Source of the DNA: Centroscyllium fabricii
Taxonomy: Eukaryota
Direction of reading: 5' to 3'
Length of the DNA stretch: 64,000 nt
Assembly (NCBI GenBank): GCA_051313645.2
Contig: JBNRSN020000003.1
Location: 435,302,001 to 435,366,000, forward strand
The stretch's first letter is position 1, and each line of letters starts with the position of its first letter. Below, one piece after another: positions 51,631-64,000 of this stretch. Made by a program: the position numbers and the translations under genes. The notes beneath the pieces are model-generated. The model was not told where the DNA came from, did no database searches, and worked only from the letters and a program-made list of their open reading frames with translations.

Positions 51631-51812
51631 AGATATCTGGAGGCAATTCATGATACAGCAGTGTATATCAAAGAAGTGAGCTTGACTGAAACAGCCTTTT
51701 CACCTTCAGTGCTTTCTCATGTGCTTGTGTACACCCATTCATTGTGCATCAATGTTCATTAGGTTAGATTCAACCACATTACATCCCATCTACCATTCCA
51801 CAGCCGATTAAA

Positions 51813-52207
51813 AACATAAGAATAAGGAGCAGGAATAGGCCATACAGCTCCTCGAACCTGCTCTGTCATTCAATAAGATCATGGCTGATCTTCAACCTCA
51901 ACTCCACTTTCCCACCCGATCTCTATAATTCCTCGGGAGTCCAAAAATCTATCGATCTCAGCTTTGAATATACTCAACGACTGAGCATCCACAGCACTTT
52001 GCGGTAGAGAATTCCAAAGATTCACAACCCTCTGAGTGAAGAAATTTCTCCTCATCTCAGTCTTAAAAGGCTAGCCCCTTATCCTGAGACTATGCCCCCT
52101 AGTTCTAGACTCTCCAGCCAGGGGAAACAATCTCTCAGCATCTACCCTGTTAATCCCCCTCAGAATCTTATATGTTTCAATGAAACCACCTCTCATTCTT
52201 CTAAACT
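51813..52207 (-). mobile_element. CR1 LINE 3' fragment
   Basis: Collinear with 50131-50540. Confidence 0.88.
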
Positions 52208-53252
52208 TTTGCCCCATCTGTATACTAACGACAGCCTCCATAGCTTTCTGTCAACAGATTTTGTAAAACAGTCTACACCTGATAATTCAGGTTATTTTTA
52301 CACTTAAAAAAATCATTCAATACTTCAAATTATGCAATGTAAATAAGAGATCAAAATTTATTGCTAAAAATTGAATCATAATTTGAATTAGGCAGAAGAC
52401 TGTATTATAAGTACCCGCCTTCTTCCAAGCATGAATTGGGTGAACAAACTCTTTCACTTGCCTAATTTGTCCACCTCACCTGTGATATTGAATGTGTTCT
52501 GATCACATTGTGATTCAGTGAAACTTCGAAACAACTCATTATCCACCAGTTAACCTTATGTTAGTTAGTTAATTATTTTTGTTGCCATTAATAAGTTTCT
52601 ACTCAAACTGTGTCTGCCATTTCCTCTTCAGATGTTACATTATCTCTTACCAATAATGTTAGTCCTTTGCCTAGCTCAGCAGGACTGTCAAATATTCTAC
52701 ACTCTCCTAGTTCTTTTTCTTGTCCATCTTCTGCTTGTAGCCATGTCGTCTAGTTCAGTATATTTGCCTTCAAGTAATTTATAAACAAATATTCAATATT
52801 AGAAATTTACAGAAAATCTTTGCATCAATTAGCTGACAGAAACCCAATGTATGCACTTCAAAACTGTAACAAATGCCATTACTAAAAGGCTTAAGAGCGT
52901 GAAAGTCTAACAAAGCTAAAACAGACATACCAATAATTTTTTTAATAGTCTGAAGAAATAGAGTTATGGATATCTGAGAACGATTACAAGATTAATATAA
53001 TCAAGATGGTATATAGAATAATGAATACCTTGGAGCGAGTTACAAGTTATAATCCGATCATGGGTATCATGTGATTTATGCAGAAAATAATAGATACCCA
53101 AGAGTGATTGCAAGGCATTGTGTGAATTGTGCCAAACGGGAGAACAAAAGCATGAGCAGTTTACAATAATCAACTGAAATTACAGCCTTGAAATCACTCT
53201 CTATTGCTTATACTTTACATATACTTCCTATGCTTAGGCTCATCCACACATA

Positions 53253-54027
53253 GGGGGGGATTTTCATGTCCCCGTGAGGCGGGGTTTTCGACAGCCCGGC
53301 CGGCAAAATAGCGGAACCGGCAGGTCCCCCCCCACCCCCCGCCATATCCCCGCCGCTTTCTCATTTCCCCCGCCCAGATTCCCCGGCCCGAAACCTTCCC
53401 GCCGCCGGCCAGCGGGGATGGGTTGTCACCTCGTTAAGGGCCCTTAATTGGCATCTTTAATGCCATTTTATGGGCCCTCAGCCATTTTGCCCTGTTTCCC
53501 GCCTTAACCCCGTTACCTTAAACCCCGCTGGGTGAAACCCAGCAGGAGCACAGCGTTGGTTATAACTTTCTCCTTCAAGGTGCTGAAGGACATGCTGCCA
53601 AATGCTTGGCATGCCTCCAGCACCTTAGAGGAGTAAGTAACTCCGCTGTGGCTGCAGCAGCTGTGAGCAGAGACTGAGAAAACTCAGCTCTGAACATTTC
53701 CTCACAGCCGCTGCGAGCTGTCAAGAATTCTGAGCCCGCCCACCCACCTGTCAGTCACCAGCACTTGACCGTTCCCATTGTGATGTCACAGTGGAGTGCT
53801 TCCATGGGAACTGTCAACAACCAGTGCTGGAACTGTCAATCAAGCTGCTCGCAGCCCCGATGCAGCCCGACTCAATTGACCTAATTACCTCCCGCTGCCG
53901 CCGGTGTGGATTTAACAACCTAATTAAACTAAAATTGCGTGGCCTTCCCAGCTGTTTGGGCGGGTGGGACGGAGGCGGCCCAGACCAATCCCCGCCAGGT
54001 TCCCGCCCTTCCGGCGAAATCCCCCTC
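53253..54027. mobile_element. Non-autonomous PIF/Harbinger element, family X copy D (subfamily of C)
   Basis: G7ATTTTC / GAAATCCCCCTC TIRs with TSD ATA. Confidence 0.85.
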
Positions 54028-54235
54028 ATAGTTTTAATTTTAGCTGGGCACAGAATGTTAATTTTGGCACTTTTTGGTCTTAGCAGTAGTTGTACGTGCA
54101 CTCTGTAGACTGGATGGGCGGCAATGTGCACACTTGAGAATTAGTCCTTCTGATGTCATCAGTACAAATTTTGAGAAATAAATGAGAAATTCTACATTCG
54201 CTATATATCAACTAATAGTTAGGAAACAGATTACA

Positions 54236-55065
54236 AAACAACTTGCATTTATGTAGCACCTTTAACTAAATAAAACATCCCAAGACGCGTCACAGGATCA
54301 TGATTAAACAAAATTTGATACCAAACCACATAAGGAGACATTAGGACAGATTACCAAAAGCTTGGTCCAAGAGGTTGGTTTTAAGGAGCATCTTAACAGG
54401 AGGAAAGAGAGGTAGAGAGACAGAAAGGTTAACGGAGGGAATTCCAGAGTTTGGGGCCCAGACAACTGAAGGCAAGCCGCTAATGGCGGAGCGATTAAAA
54501 TCAGGGGATGCGCAAGAGGCCAGAATTGGATGAGCGCAGAGATCATGGGGTTGTAGGGCTGGAGGAGGTTACAGAGATGGGATGGGGAAAGGCCATGGAA
54601 GGATTTGAAAGCAAGGATGAAAATTTTAAAATCAAGGTGTTGCAGGACCGAGAGCCAATGTAGGTCAGCGAGCACGGGGTGATGGGTGAACAGGATTTGG
54701 TGAGCGTTACAATACGGGCGGCAAAGTTTTGGATGAGCTCCCAGTTTATGGAGAGTGGAAGATGGGAGGCTGTCCAGGGGAGCATTGGAATAGTCAAGTC
54801 TAGAGGCAGCAAAAGCATGGATGAGGGTTTCCGCAGTAGATGAGCTGAGGCAGGAGCAGAGATGGGTGATGCTACGGAAGTGGAAGTAGGTAACCTTGCT
54901 GATGGAGCGGCTGTGGTGGGAAGCTTATCTCGGAGTCAAATACAACATCAAGGTTGCAAACGGTCTGGTTCAGCCCAAGGCAGTGGCCAGGGAGCGATGG
55001 AGTTGATGGCTAGGGAACAGAGTTTGTGGCGGGTACGGAAGACAATGGCTTCAGTCTTCCCAATA
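54236..55065 (-). mobile_element. L2-clade LINE 3' fragment
   Basis: LADLHWLSVLQHLDFKIFILAFKSFHGLSP and ELIQNFAARIVT are L2 ORF2 C-terminal motifs. The tail is shared with the Deu-type SINE. Confidence 0.9.
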
Positions 55066-55272
55066 GAGGAAATTAACCAACTGGTTATTTAGGACACTTT
55101 CTAAGTGTTTAATTTGGCATGACCAAAAAAACACCCCCTTCCCTTCCCCTATTTAAAATACATTAAAAATAAATATGGAACATTATTATTGCTGTGAACA
55201 AAACCATTTACTGCTTGCAATTTTTGTGACAATAACTGTCAATTAGTGGAATATATCTGATGCAATTCCTGT

Positions 55273-55672
55273 ATAGAAACATAGAAACTAGGAGCAGGAG
55301 TAGGCCATTCGGCCCTTTGAGCCTGCTCCGCCATTCAATGAGATCATGGCTGATCATCCAAACCCAGCACCCTGTCCCTGCCCCCTCCCCACATCCCTCG
55401 ATCCCTATCGAGCCTGCACCGACACATATCCCACCCTATCCCCGTAACCCCACATATTTAATCCCCCTAACTGAGGGTCAATTTATCCTGGCCAATCAAC
55501 CTAACCCGCACATCTTTGGACTGTGGGAGGAAACTGGAGCACCCGGAGGAAACCCACGCAGACACAGGGAGAATGTGCAAACTCCACAGAGATAGTACCT
55601 GAGGCTGGATTTGAACCCGGGTCTCTAGTGCTGTAAGGCAACAGTGCTAACCACTATGCCACCGTGCCGCCC
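55273..55672 (-). mobile_element. HE1-type SINE, full length
   Basis: The minus strand starts GGGCGGCACGGTGGCATAGTGGTTAGCAC...GGGTTCAAATCC and ends in a CR1-type tail. Confidence 0.92.
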
Positions 55673-55771
55673 TATTCAGAGTGTTGACAGGATTCTCGGG
55701 GTTTGAGTCAGAAATGGCTGAGGTAAAATGGTATTCAGGAGAATATTCTCCATATGATGTTAAACATTTGA

Positions 55772-56227
55772 TGTGCATCACTGTCTGGTATGGTAATTGC
55801 ACTATCTCGGACCGGAAAACCCTGCAGCCGGTAGTCAAAACTGCCCAACGAATTACCGGTACACAGCTACCGTCAATGGAAAGCATCTACCTCAAACGCT
55901 GCTTACGGAGGTCTATGAACATTATTAAAGACCCCACACACCCCAGCCACAGTCTGTTCACCCCCCTGCCCTCCGGGAGACGCTACAGAGCAATTCGCAC
56001 CCGCATGACTAGATTTCAGAACAGCTTCTTCCCCAGGGCTGTCAGCCTCCTGAACTCTAAAAAGAAACTCCGGTACCTGCATGCCTGATAATGTACTTTA
56101 CTGTATGCAATTTGCATGTAATTTATTTATTTTATTTGCACTACTCTCGGGAGAGTCGAGTCTTCGTCTCGTTGTATTGTACTAGTACTCTGCAATGACA
56201 ATAAAACTTGAATTGAATTGAATTGAA
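55772..56227 (+). mobile_element. Rex1/Babar LINE 3' fragment
   Basis: CITVWYGNCT..DRKTLQ.VVKTAQRI...DPTHPSHSLF..LPSGRRYR...SFFPRAV, followed by AATAAA and a (TTGAA)n tail. Confidence 0.88.
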
Positions 56228-56267
56228 GAGAACAATCAGATTTGGTTTAGTTTCCTTTCACAATAAT

Positions 56268-57494
56268 TAAGAACATAAGAACATAAGAAATAGGAGCAGG
56301 AGTAGGCCAATCGGCCCCTCGAGCCTGCTCCGCCATTCAATAAGATCATGGCTGATCTGATCCTAACCTCAATTTTATTTTTACTCTCCACCCCGCCCAA
56401 ACCAATGTAATCACCTGGGAGAGGTGAAAAACCAGACATGGCCGATCTCAACCTAGCCTCACGTCCACTTACCAGCCCGTTCACCATAACCTCTAATTCC
56501 CTTTAATTCCAGGAAACTGTCTATCTCAGTTTTAAATTTATTCAACGTAGTAGCTTCTACAGCTCTCTGGGGCAGCAAATTCCACAGCCGCACCACCCTC
56601 TGAGTAAAGAAGTTCCCCCTCATCTCAGTTTTAAAATGGGAGCCCTTTATTTTAAGATTATGCCCCCTAGTCCTAGTCTCACTCACCATTGGGAACATCC
56701 TCACCGCATCCACCCGATCAAGCCCTCTTACAATCTTATATATTTCAATAAGATCGCCTCTCATTCTTCTGAACTCCAATGAGTAGAGGCCCAATCCACT
56801 CAGCCTCTCGTCATGTGTTAGCCCCCTCATCCCCGGAACTAACCTAGTGAATCTTCTCTGCACTGCCTCGAGAGCAAGTATGTCCTTTCTTAAATAGGGA
56901 CACCAGAACTGCACGCAGTATTCCAGGTGTGGTCTCACCAATACCCTGTACAACTGCAACAAGACCTCCCTGCTTTTATACTCAATCCCCTTAGCAATAA
57001 AAGCCAACATTCCGTTGGCCTTCCTTACCACCTGCTGCACCTGCATATTAACTTTCTGTGTCCCCTGCACCAGGACCCCCAGATCCCTTTGCACTGAAGT
57101 ACTTTCCAGTTCCTTTCCATTTAGATAATAACTCGCTCTATTATTTTTCCTGCCAAAGTGCATAACTTCACATTTTCCAGTATTATACTCCATCTGCCAA
57201 ATCTCTGCCCACTCACTTAGCCTATCTATGTCCTTTTGCAGGTTTTTAATGTCCTCCTCATTCATCACCCTCCCTCCCATTTTTGTGTCATCCGCAAACT
57301 TTGATATGTTGCACTTGGTCCCTTCTTCCAAATCGTTAATATAGATTGTAAAGAGTTGGGGTCCCAGCACCGACCCTTGCGGAACACCACTAGTGACTGA
57401 CTGCCAGTCTGAGAACGAACCATTTATCCCAACTCTCTGTTTTCTGTTAGAAAGCCAATCCTCCACCCATGCCAGAATATTACCCCCAACCCCA
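56268..57494 (-). mobile_element. Young CR1 LINE, 5'-truncated, with an uninterrupted ORF2 3' part
   Basis: The 364-aa ORF 56459..57553 contains GVPQGSVLGP, KFADDTK and LVRPHLEYCVQFW. Confidence 0.96.
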
Positions 57495-57637
57495 ATTGTT
57501 AAGAACAAATCAAAATATTGTTTAAGAAAAATATTTCCATTTCTGTAAATCAATGGCTACTAATGGATTATTTGTAGCAACCAGACAACTAATGTCAAAA
57601 TGTGGAATTTATACAAAAGGTACAAGAGGGAGACAAT

Positions 57638-58305
57638 GGCCCATATTTTCTGATCCCTATGGGTGTGTACGAGCTGTGTACACACCCGTAGAGACCTCGC
57701 AAGTGCCGGTTTCAGGCATGTGAAGCGCATTCGCTGAAAACTGGCACGTCTGGTCTGTCAAAAATCCTCTTGACAGATCGGACGCCTGCCCTGGAGAAGG
57801 GCCTCTGCGGGTGGAGAGTTCCACTTTCTGCACAACTGCCCGCTGAAAACTTTTAAAAATCTTACGCCTGGTAAAAACAGGCATAAGGTCCACTTTTACC
57901 AGCATAAGAGTTTTAAAAAGTTTAAAAAAATGCTTTTTCACTCATTTATAATTTTTTAATACCCTGTACTTTAAAAGGTAAGTTTATTTTTAGCCCCATA
58001 GAAAACTTTAAATTATTTTGTTCAAAAAGTTTAATTTGTGTTTAAAATATAATTTAATAGTCTACCTGTCAAAAGTATGAAGGGGGAATTCCCCAATCCC
58101 ATTGGCTCGCCTGGCCCACGGGATCCCAGGGACGCTTGCGAATCACCTGCGCCCCTGGGATACCTGGGCCTCTGCACGCGCACGCACCAGGAAAGACCCG
58201 GGATCGGAAATGGCCGGACCTCAGGAGCCCTCAGGTAAGGGCGTAGATTTTTTGCTGAAAGGAAGCATCCGCACGCAGGAAGCCTCCTATCGGAAATTAC
58301 AGGCC
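57638..58305. mobile_element. Harbinger-type MITE with an AT-rich centre
   Basis: TIR GGCCCATATTTTCTGAT versus GGCCTGTAATTTCCGAT (rc), flanks AAT/ATT. Confidence 0.7.
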
Positions 58306-58723
58306 ATTATTTTGTCAGACCCAGGTCTTCACCAGATAAATATATTATCAAATGATTTTCCCAAAATATTGTATCAAATGATTTCCCCTTTGTATCATGG
58401 GTATAAGAATGTCAGCAAACAGATAAACTAACATGGCATTTAGGATATCTTTTCTAAGTGGTGAAAATAAATTGGCTCCATCACTGTTGTCATGGTCAAG
58501 ACTACAGGGACCATTTTAACTGGGTGGTTTACGTCTTCTATACTTTAGTGGCATTGTGACTAGCTGAGTGCTTGTGCTGAGCACATGATTGTATCTGTAG
58601 CATGCAAATAGAAGGGAAAGGACAACTAAAGTTAAAAAATGCAGCTTTCTGCCAGGCCCATGGGTGTTATCGAATGGTTGGCCCTGGTATAAAGAAACTG
58701 TAACAGCAAAGCAGCAATGAATA

Positions 58724-59392
58724 CAGGTTGAACTTCGTTGATCCGGCAGGGTCGGGACCAGGCCCGTGCCGGAATGCTGAAAAAACCCAACGAATGAAGC
58801 TGTCCCAAGCGCATTCGCGGACCATTCAAAATGGCCGCGCGCATGCGCAGAACATTCGAAATGGCTGCAGCACGCGCAGACCAGTGCGGGTGGAGGCAGG
58901 GCACAGAGCACGGGGCGATTTCCGGGTGGAGCAGTACAACTCCCCGCGGCTCGCGGGTGGAACAGAGCAGAGTACGGGGTTGGGGGGGCACTCTGCAAAA
59001 TGGAGCTCTGTAGCTCGCCAGTAAAGCAGTCTGTGAGGCCTCAGCGGATTGGAGCACTCGATGGGGACACGCCCCAGAAGGTCAGGCATGGTTGTGGACA
59101 CGCCGCAGGTCGGGTGCTGCTGAAGCCACGCCGTCGGGACACGGCCCGGAAGTTCGGGTGCAGCTGAAGCCACACCGTTGGGACCAGTGCGCATTCGGGA
59201 AAGGTCCCGGGAGAGAGCCTGGTCCAACACTTCATGGGGCCCGAGCTTCATGTCAGGTACGGGGGGACGGTTTGTAAAGCGCAGGAAGCATCGAAGAGCG
59301 CTGCTGCGCATGCGCAGGCCAGTCGGGGATATCTGTGCCGGACGTCTGAAGCTGCCGGTTTTTCGGGTGCCGGATCAACGAAGTTCAACCTG
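58724..59392. mobile_element. pogo/Tigger-like MITE, copy 3 (sister subfamily)
   Basis: Perfect 25-bp TIR CAGGTTGAACTTCGTTGATCCGGCA with TA TSD. Subterminal regions are homologous to 41924-42409. Confidence 0.92.
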
Positions 59393-59488
59393 TACAAGCA
59401 AGTCTATTGATGAGTTCAAGCGTTATGAACTAGAAGAGCAGTTTATTGTCACTTAAACCAAGCTGAGATCTTCATCATATACATTTCT

Positions 59489-59845
59489 ATAGAAACATAG
59501 AAGATAGGAGCAGGAGTAGGCCATTCGGCCCTTCGAGCCTGCTCTGCCATTCAATGAGATCATGGCTGATCATCCAAACCCAGTACCCTGTCCCTGCCCT
59601 GTCCCCATATCCCTCGATCCCTATCGAGCCTGCACTGACACATATCCCACCCTATCCCCGTAACCACACGTATTCAATCCCCCTAACACTAAGGGACAAT
59701 TTATCCTGGCCAATCAACCTAACCCGCACATCTTTGGACTGTGGGAGGAAACCGGGGCACCCGGAGGAAACCCACGCAGACACGGGGAGAATGTGCAAAC
59801 TCCACACAGATAGTACCCGAGGCTGACTATGCCACCGTGCCGCCC
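59489..59845 (-). mobile_element. HE1-type SINE with a deletion in the tRNA head
   Basis: Matches 55273-55672 but lacks the B-box segment. Confidence 0.9.
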
Positions 59846-61671
59846 GATCATACTTTTGTGCAATATACATCAAGAATAAGATCTGTGTTATTTAACATAA
59901 TTACTGAAGATTTAAATTGTGATTAAAGTAATTTAATCTGCAGTGGAGAAAAATCATGCCACTCACTCTTCATTAGTCCTTCCCTTGTACAATTTCATGT
60001 TTTCCCACAAACCTTGTGTGCCCTCTTGTGACTCTCAGCTCTTATTGCAGACATAGTAACTTGGCCATTTTTTCCCCACAGCTACAGTGAAATGTCTCCC
60101 GTGTACATGGCTGCTGTGTAGTAACATATTTTTTGTTGTTGACTGTTTTTAATGTTTTAAAGAATAGTCTGTTAGATTTAACAATGCAACTTGATAACTT
60201 ACTCACTGTTCAATTAAATTCAATGGAAACTGACTGCTAAAATGTTTTCAATGGTTTTGTGCCATAAATAACTGGTAATTTAGGTTTGTGCCTACATTGT
60301 GTACATACCTCTACATGCACTGTAGTACTCCAAGTTTTGGAGGAAAGAGGGCCTTCCAATACATGTAATGAGAATAACATGGTAATTCTATTTATGGCAC
60401 ACAGTCTACCAGCTTGGGGGTGGTGGCAGGTCTGCAGGTATACTGCATTCTCAGTATGCATCACTGGAGCCAATTTAGAGCAATAAGAGTGCCAATTAAG
60501 GTAGGTCCTGGTGAAGGTAATATAGTTGACTTGGAGATATGCAGTTTCAATGCAATTTTGCTCGGCTACAAATGGTTCTATAACAGGATAAAAATTAGAT
60601 TTAAATCAGAGTAGAGACTGAAGTCACTCCCAAATATGGTCAGTAGATAAGGTTTCGATGGATTTAAGAATATTTTTGCAAGTGCTGATGACACAAGGGA
60701 TGAGGACAAACTACAATGCAGGCTACATACCCAAAACATCATGGGCTGTCTTCTCTCCCTACAGATGCTGACTGACTGCTCTGGAGTTCTGCTATGAGAG
60801 GTACTAGCTTAGAAAGGTTATTCAACCCAAGAGTGTGAAACCTAATTAACACACACTTGATGGTTAATCATGCTTGGTTTTAGGACTCTCTTTACAGCTA
60901 CTTACACAGTACTGCCAGCTTTTGTTGCATGGCTTCCGACCAGCTGTAAACCCCAAAGTAAGCTTGCCTGATTTGCTAAAGCTGGAACCTGGAGAGTCAC
61001 GGCTATATAAAAAGCTCTTCCTAGCCACCCGCTTTAGTGAATTGGGCAAGTTTACATTGAGGTTACCACTGTCTGCACAAGTCTTGCGCACCAGGAGCCA
61101 ACAGAACCAAATTGGTAATTAATCCAAAATAAAGGCAGCTTAAAGCTACAATATAGCTCCCTTGCATTCAGGCTCAGTAATTCTTTTGAATTAGGACATT
61201 AAACTGTAACATCCAAAATCTTAGCTTAACCAATATTCAACAATTAACTGAAATTGAAAGAGCAAGAAGGGCTATTGGTTGACATTTTTACCATTATTTG
61301 ATTTTAAAAGTAGAAAGAGGAATTTCTGATCAATTAAATTCATTGTTTTATTTAACAATCAGTAATAGAAAGTGTATGGTGACTAGAACCCCTATAATTA
61401 GATTGGAGTTCAATTTTTTCACCCTTGGGACAAAATTTTCCCGGAGGTGCGGGCAATTGTCGGGTCAGGTTTCTGACCCGAATATTAAAGTTGCTGGGCG
61501 ACCCACGCAATTTTGGCTTAAGTGCCCAATTAATTCCCCGTGTGTGGGAAGCCTTCCCAATCAACTATTTCCAGTCAGAAAGTCGCACAATATGACGTCA
61601 TCGTGCCTGGTGCTTTTAATGCAGACAGCAAGCCTGCCTTACTCTTCAGGCTTCTGCAAACGTCCAGGAGG

Positions 61672-64000
61672 ATGTCACAGCAACATGAAGCTGCTGCGGC
61701 CAGCAGGAGGGCCCGAACCTCACCCAAATTCGACGAGGCATCATTACAGGCATTACTGGATGGGGCTAGGGCCCACAGGGAGGTTCTCTTCCTCCCTCTC
61801 AGACCAAGGCTGCTTGGCTGCAGGTGTCTGAGGGGGTTAACTCCGTGGGCCTCACACCATGGTCATGGATCCAGTGCAGGAAGAGATTCCATGACCTACA
61901 TCAGACTGCAAAAGTAAGTATGAAGTTTCTATCACCCTCAATCTGATTCCCATCGCCTTTCCTCACCAGCACTTAGCTTCACCAATCCCTTCCTCCACAT
62001 CCCACTTCACACTCACATCGATGCACCCTTACCCATTCCCTCTCTCTCTATGCTCACATTCACAGAACTATTTGACCATGCAGCCCTCACACTCTGATGC
62101 TTTGACCACAACTGACAGCACACAGGGAGGGCCCTTGGTCTTGCAACCTCACTCCATCTTTGTCTCCCTCCAACTATCTATACTATTCACACTCTGCTCA
62201 CACTCCTTCATTCTCACTCAACCTCCACTTGTCTCCCTCATTGCAGGAAAAGAGAGCTAACAACAACCGCGCGAGAGCAAGGACAGGAGGAGGCTCACCC
62301 TCCATCGCGCACCTCACCACCTGGGAGGAAGGAGTCCTTCGGACAGTCGGAGATGCAGAGGCGGCAGAAGTGGGAGAAAGAGAGACAGGGTATCCTCGCA
62401 AGCTGGTGACAGAATCGTTTTACATCTATCTCATTGCCATCGCATGACTCGCAGATAATGGGGCGATTTTCCTGGGTCCGAGTGCGGTTTTCCGGCGGGG
62501 CCTAAAAATCGCAATTCCGGCAGGCGGGAACCCACCCCGCTGGATCCCCGCTGATTTGCCATTTTCCGCGGGTGGGTTTTCCCGCCCCGAATGTTGCCCG
62601 CCGGCTGCGATGCTCAATGAGCTCGTTGAGGGCCCTTAATTGCCTGGGAAATCCTATTTTAAGGGCCTTCAGCTATTTTTGCCCTCTTCCCGCCCAAAAC
62701 CCGCCTGGTGGGAACACCGATTGAAAGCTGGCGGGCACCCAATTGGCTGGGTGGCTGCCACCTTCAAGGCATGGGTACAGCAGCCACACAGCAGCTTGCT
62801 AGCCTCCACCATGCTGGAGGTGCAGCTGGCACCCAAGGGTGCAAAACTTCAGTGCCCAAAGAACTTGAAATCACTTTACTGCATATGCGTCCCAGCCATT
62901 CAAAGACATCGTGCTGCGATCTGTGTCTGTGAAGCAAGCTGCCAATCACCCAGGGGATCAGTTTCTGTTTACATTCCAATGAAACCACAAACAAACAGCC
63001 AGTCCACTTGAAGCTGTCACTGTTAGATTTGTGGTTTCAAGTGTTGCATTGGGATTGTGATATCACCAATGCCTCTTTCAACATTGAAAGAAAGCAACCA
63101 CTTCACAACTGTCAATCAGGCTTTGTAGTTTCTGAGCGACTGAAACTCTTCAGGCCTGTCAATCAAAGGCCCGCCGGTTATTCAGAATCTGAAAGGACGC
63201 CCCAAGCTTCCTGACTGAAAAGGGTGTATTCAAAACGGCGCTGACCGACGGGGATTTAATTGGCCACTTGAGACAAAATCGCGCGGGCCTCCCAGGTCCT
63301 TGGGCGGGCGGGACAGGAACCCGCCCCAACCAATCCCCGCCAGGTTCCCGCACCTCCAGGAAAATTCCCCCAATAGATTCTGAGGCTACATCATATGGAC
63401 TTATGATCATCTGCAAAATGCTATGTGCATGTAACCTTGCCATCACATCTCTCTTTCCTTTACTCCCCCACAGGACCATCAAGAGGACCCGTCCCCATTG
63501 TGGAGGAGGAAGAGGCGGAGGAGACCGACTCCTCAGAGGAAGCTCCTACCTCCGAGGGCGCAGCATCAGCAGTATTCAGCACACCCCGCACCAGCGCAGA
63601 CACCCACACCTCGGTGGGACCGTCGGGACATAGAGTAGTGTTGTCACCTGGTGTATCACAGCTCACAAGTGAGCCCTAGCAGATTGTGGAGACAGGGACA
63701 GCACTGGAGAGTCCTAGTCGGAGGGCGCAGGACTCTCCCAGCTCAGCTCAGCTGCATGTCGGCCCTCTGCCTCTGGGTCCATCCGAAAGATCCGAGGTGA
63801 TGGAACTCCATGCACAGATGCAGGAGTCTCTGGCAGGTTTGGTCTTCAGGGTCGCTGCGAGTGCGGAGTGAATGGAGGAGTCCGTAGCGACCATGAGTAG
63901 AGCCTTTGTGGAGTCATTAGCGCATCAACACGGAAAGGATGGCAACCTCCGTGGAAAGGCTGGCTGCAGCCATGGAGGCAGTAAGTTGCCGGAGTGAGGA
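61672..64000 (+). pseudogene. Harbinger Myb/SANT-like DNA-binding protein gene, 3 exons (about 61672-61913, 62247-62405, 63474-end), frameshifted
   Basis: Exon 1 reads SPKFDEASLQALLDGARAHREVLF / QTKAAWLQVSEGVNSVGLTPWSWIQCRKRFHDLHQTAK|gtaagt. Exon 2 reads ttgcag|EKRANNNRARARTGGG. Exon 3 is acidic then coiled-coil-like, with stops. Confidence 0.82.
62460..63371. mobile_element. Non-autonomous PIF/Harbinger element, family X copy E, nested in intron 2 of the Myb gene
   Basis: TIR GGGGCGATTTT / AAAATTCCCCC with TSD AAT. Confidence 0.88.

Larger units (their letters stand above)
61427..64000 (+). mobile_element. Coding PIF/Harbinger transposon, left part; runs off the window
   Basis: Terminus GGGACAAAATTTTCCCGGAGGTGCGGG, then CCAAT and TGACGTCA, then a spliced Myb/SANT-like gene. 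Confidence 0.82.

Noticed and set aside
60860-61125. Overlapping 75-82 aa ORFs, a TATATAAAA box and a minus-strand GTAAGT donor
   Set aside because: No similarity to ASS1 or any family I recognise, and the acceptor is weak. Such signals occur by chance.
39084-64000. Expected upstream ASS1 exon (75 bp, VIAPWRMP...YAK)
   Set aside because: Not found by eye. It probably lies beyond 64000, although a miss cannot be excluded.
1-64000. CRISPR arrays, operons or other prokaryotic systems
   Set aside because: The DNA is spliceosomal vertebrate sequence and shows no regularly spaced repeat-spacer array.

Overview
Eukaryotic, repeat-dense vertebrate DNA, almost certainly from a shark or ray (HE1-type SINEs with their partner CR1 LINE, SacSINE1-like SINEs, shark-type Penelope ends). 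The window lies inside the argininosuccinate synthase gene ASS1 on the minus strand. Four coding exons of 71, 31, 91 and 85 bp are visible with canonical GT-AG ends, and the rest is intron. A 10,495-bp block is duplicated exactly on either side of a 200-N gap, most likely an assembly artefact. The introns hold nested CR1, RTE, L2 and Rex1/Babar LINE fragments, tRNA- and 5S-derived SINEs, Penelope foldbacks with hammerhead-like cores, pogo/Tigger-type MITEs, and many PIF/Harbinger elements, two of which carry decayed Myb/SANT genes. The most interesting signal is a non-autonomous Harbinger family with five copies, all in the same orientation. It carries a length-invariant 64-nt core hairpin with compensatory base changes, downstream (on the minus strand) of a promoter-like end and a splice donor, which resembles a mobile pri-miRNA or structured-RNA cassette. 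All family names come from motif recognition by eye; no database search was run.
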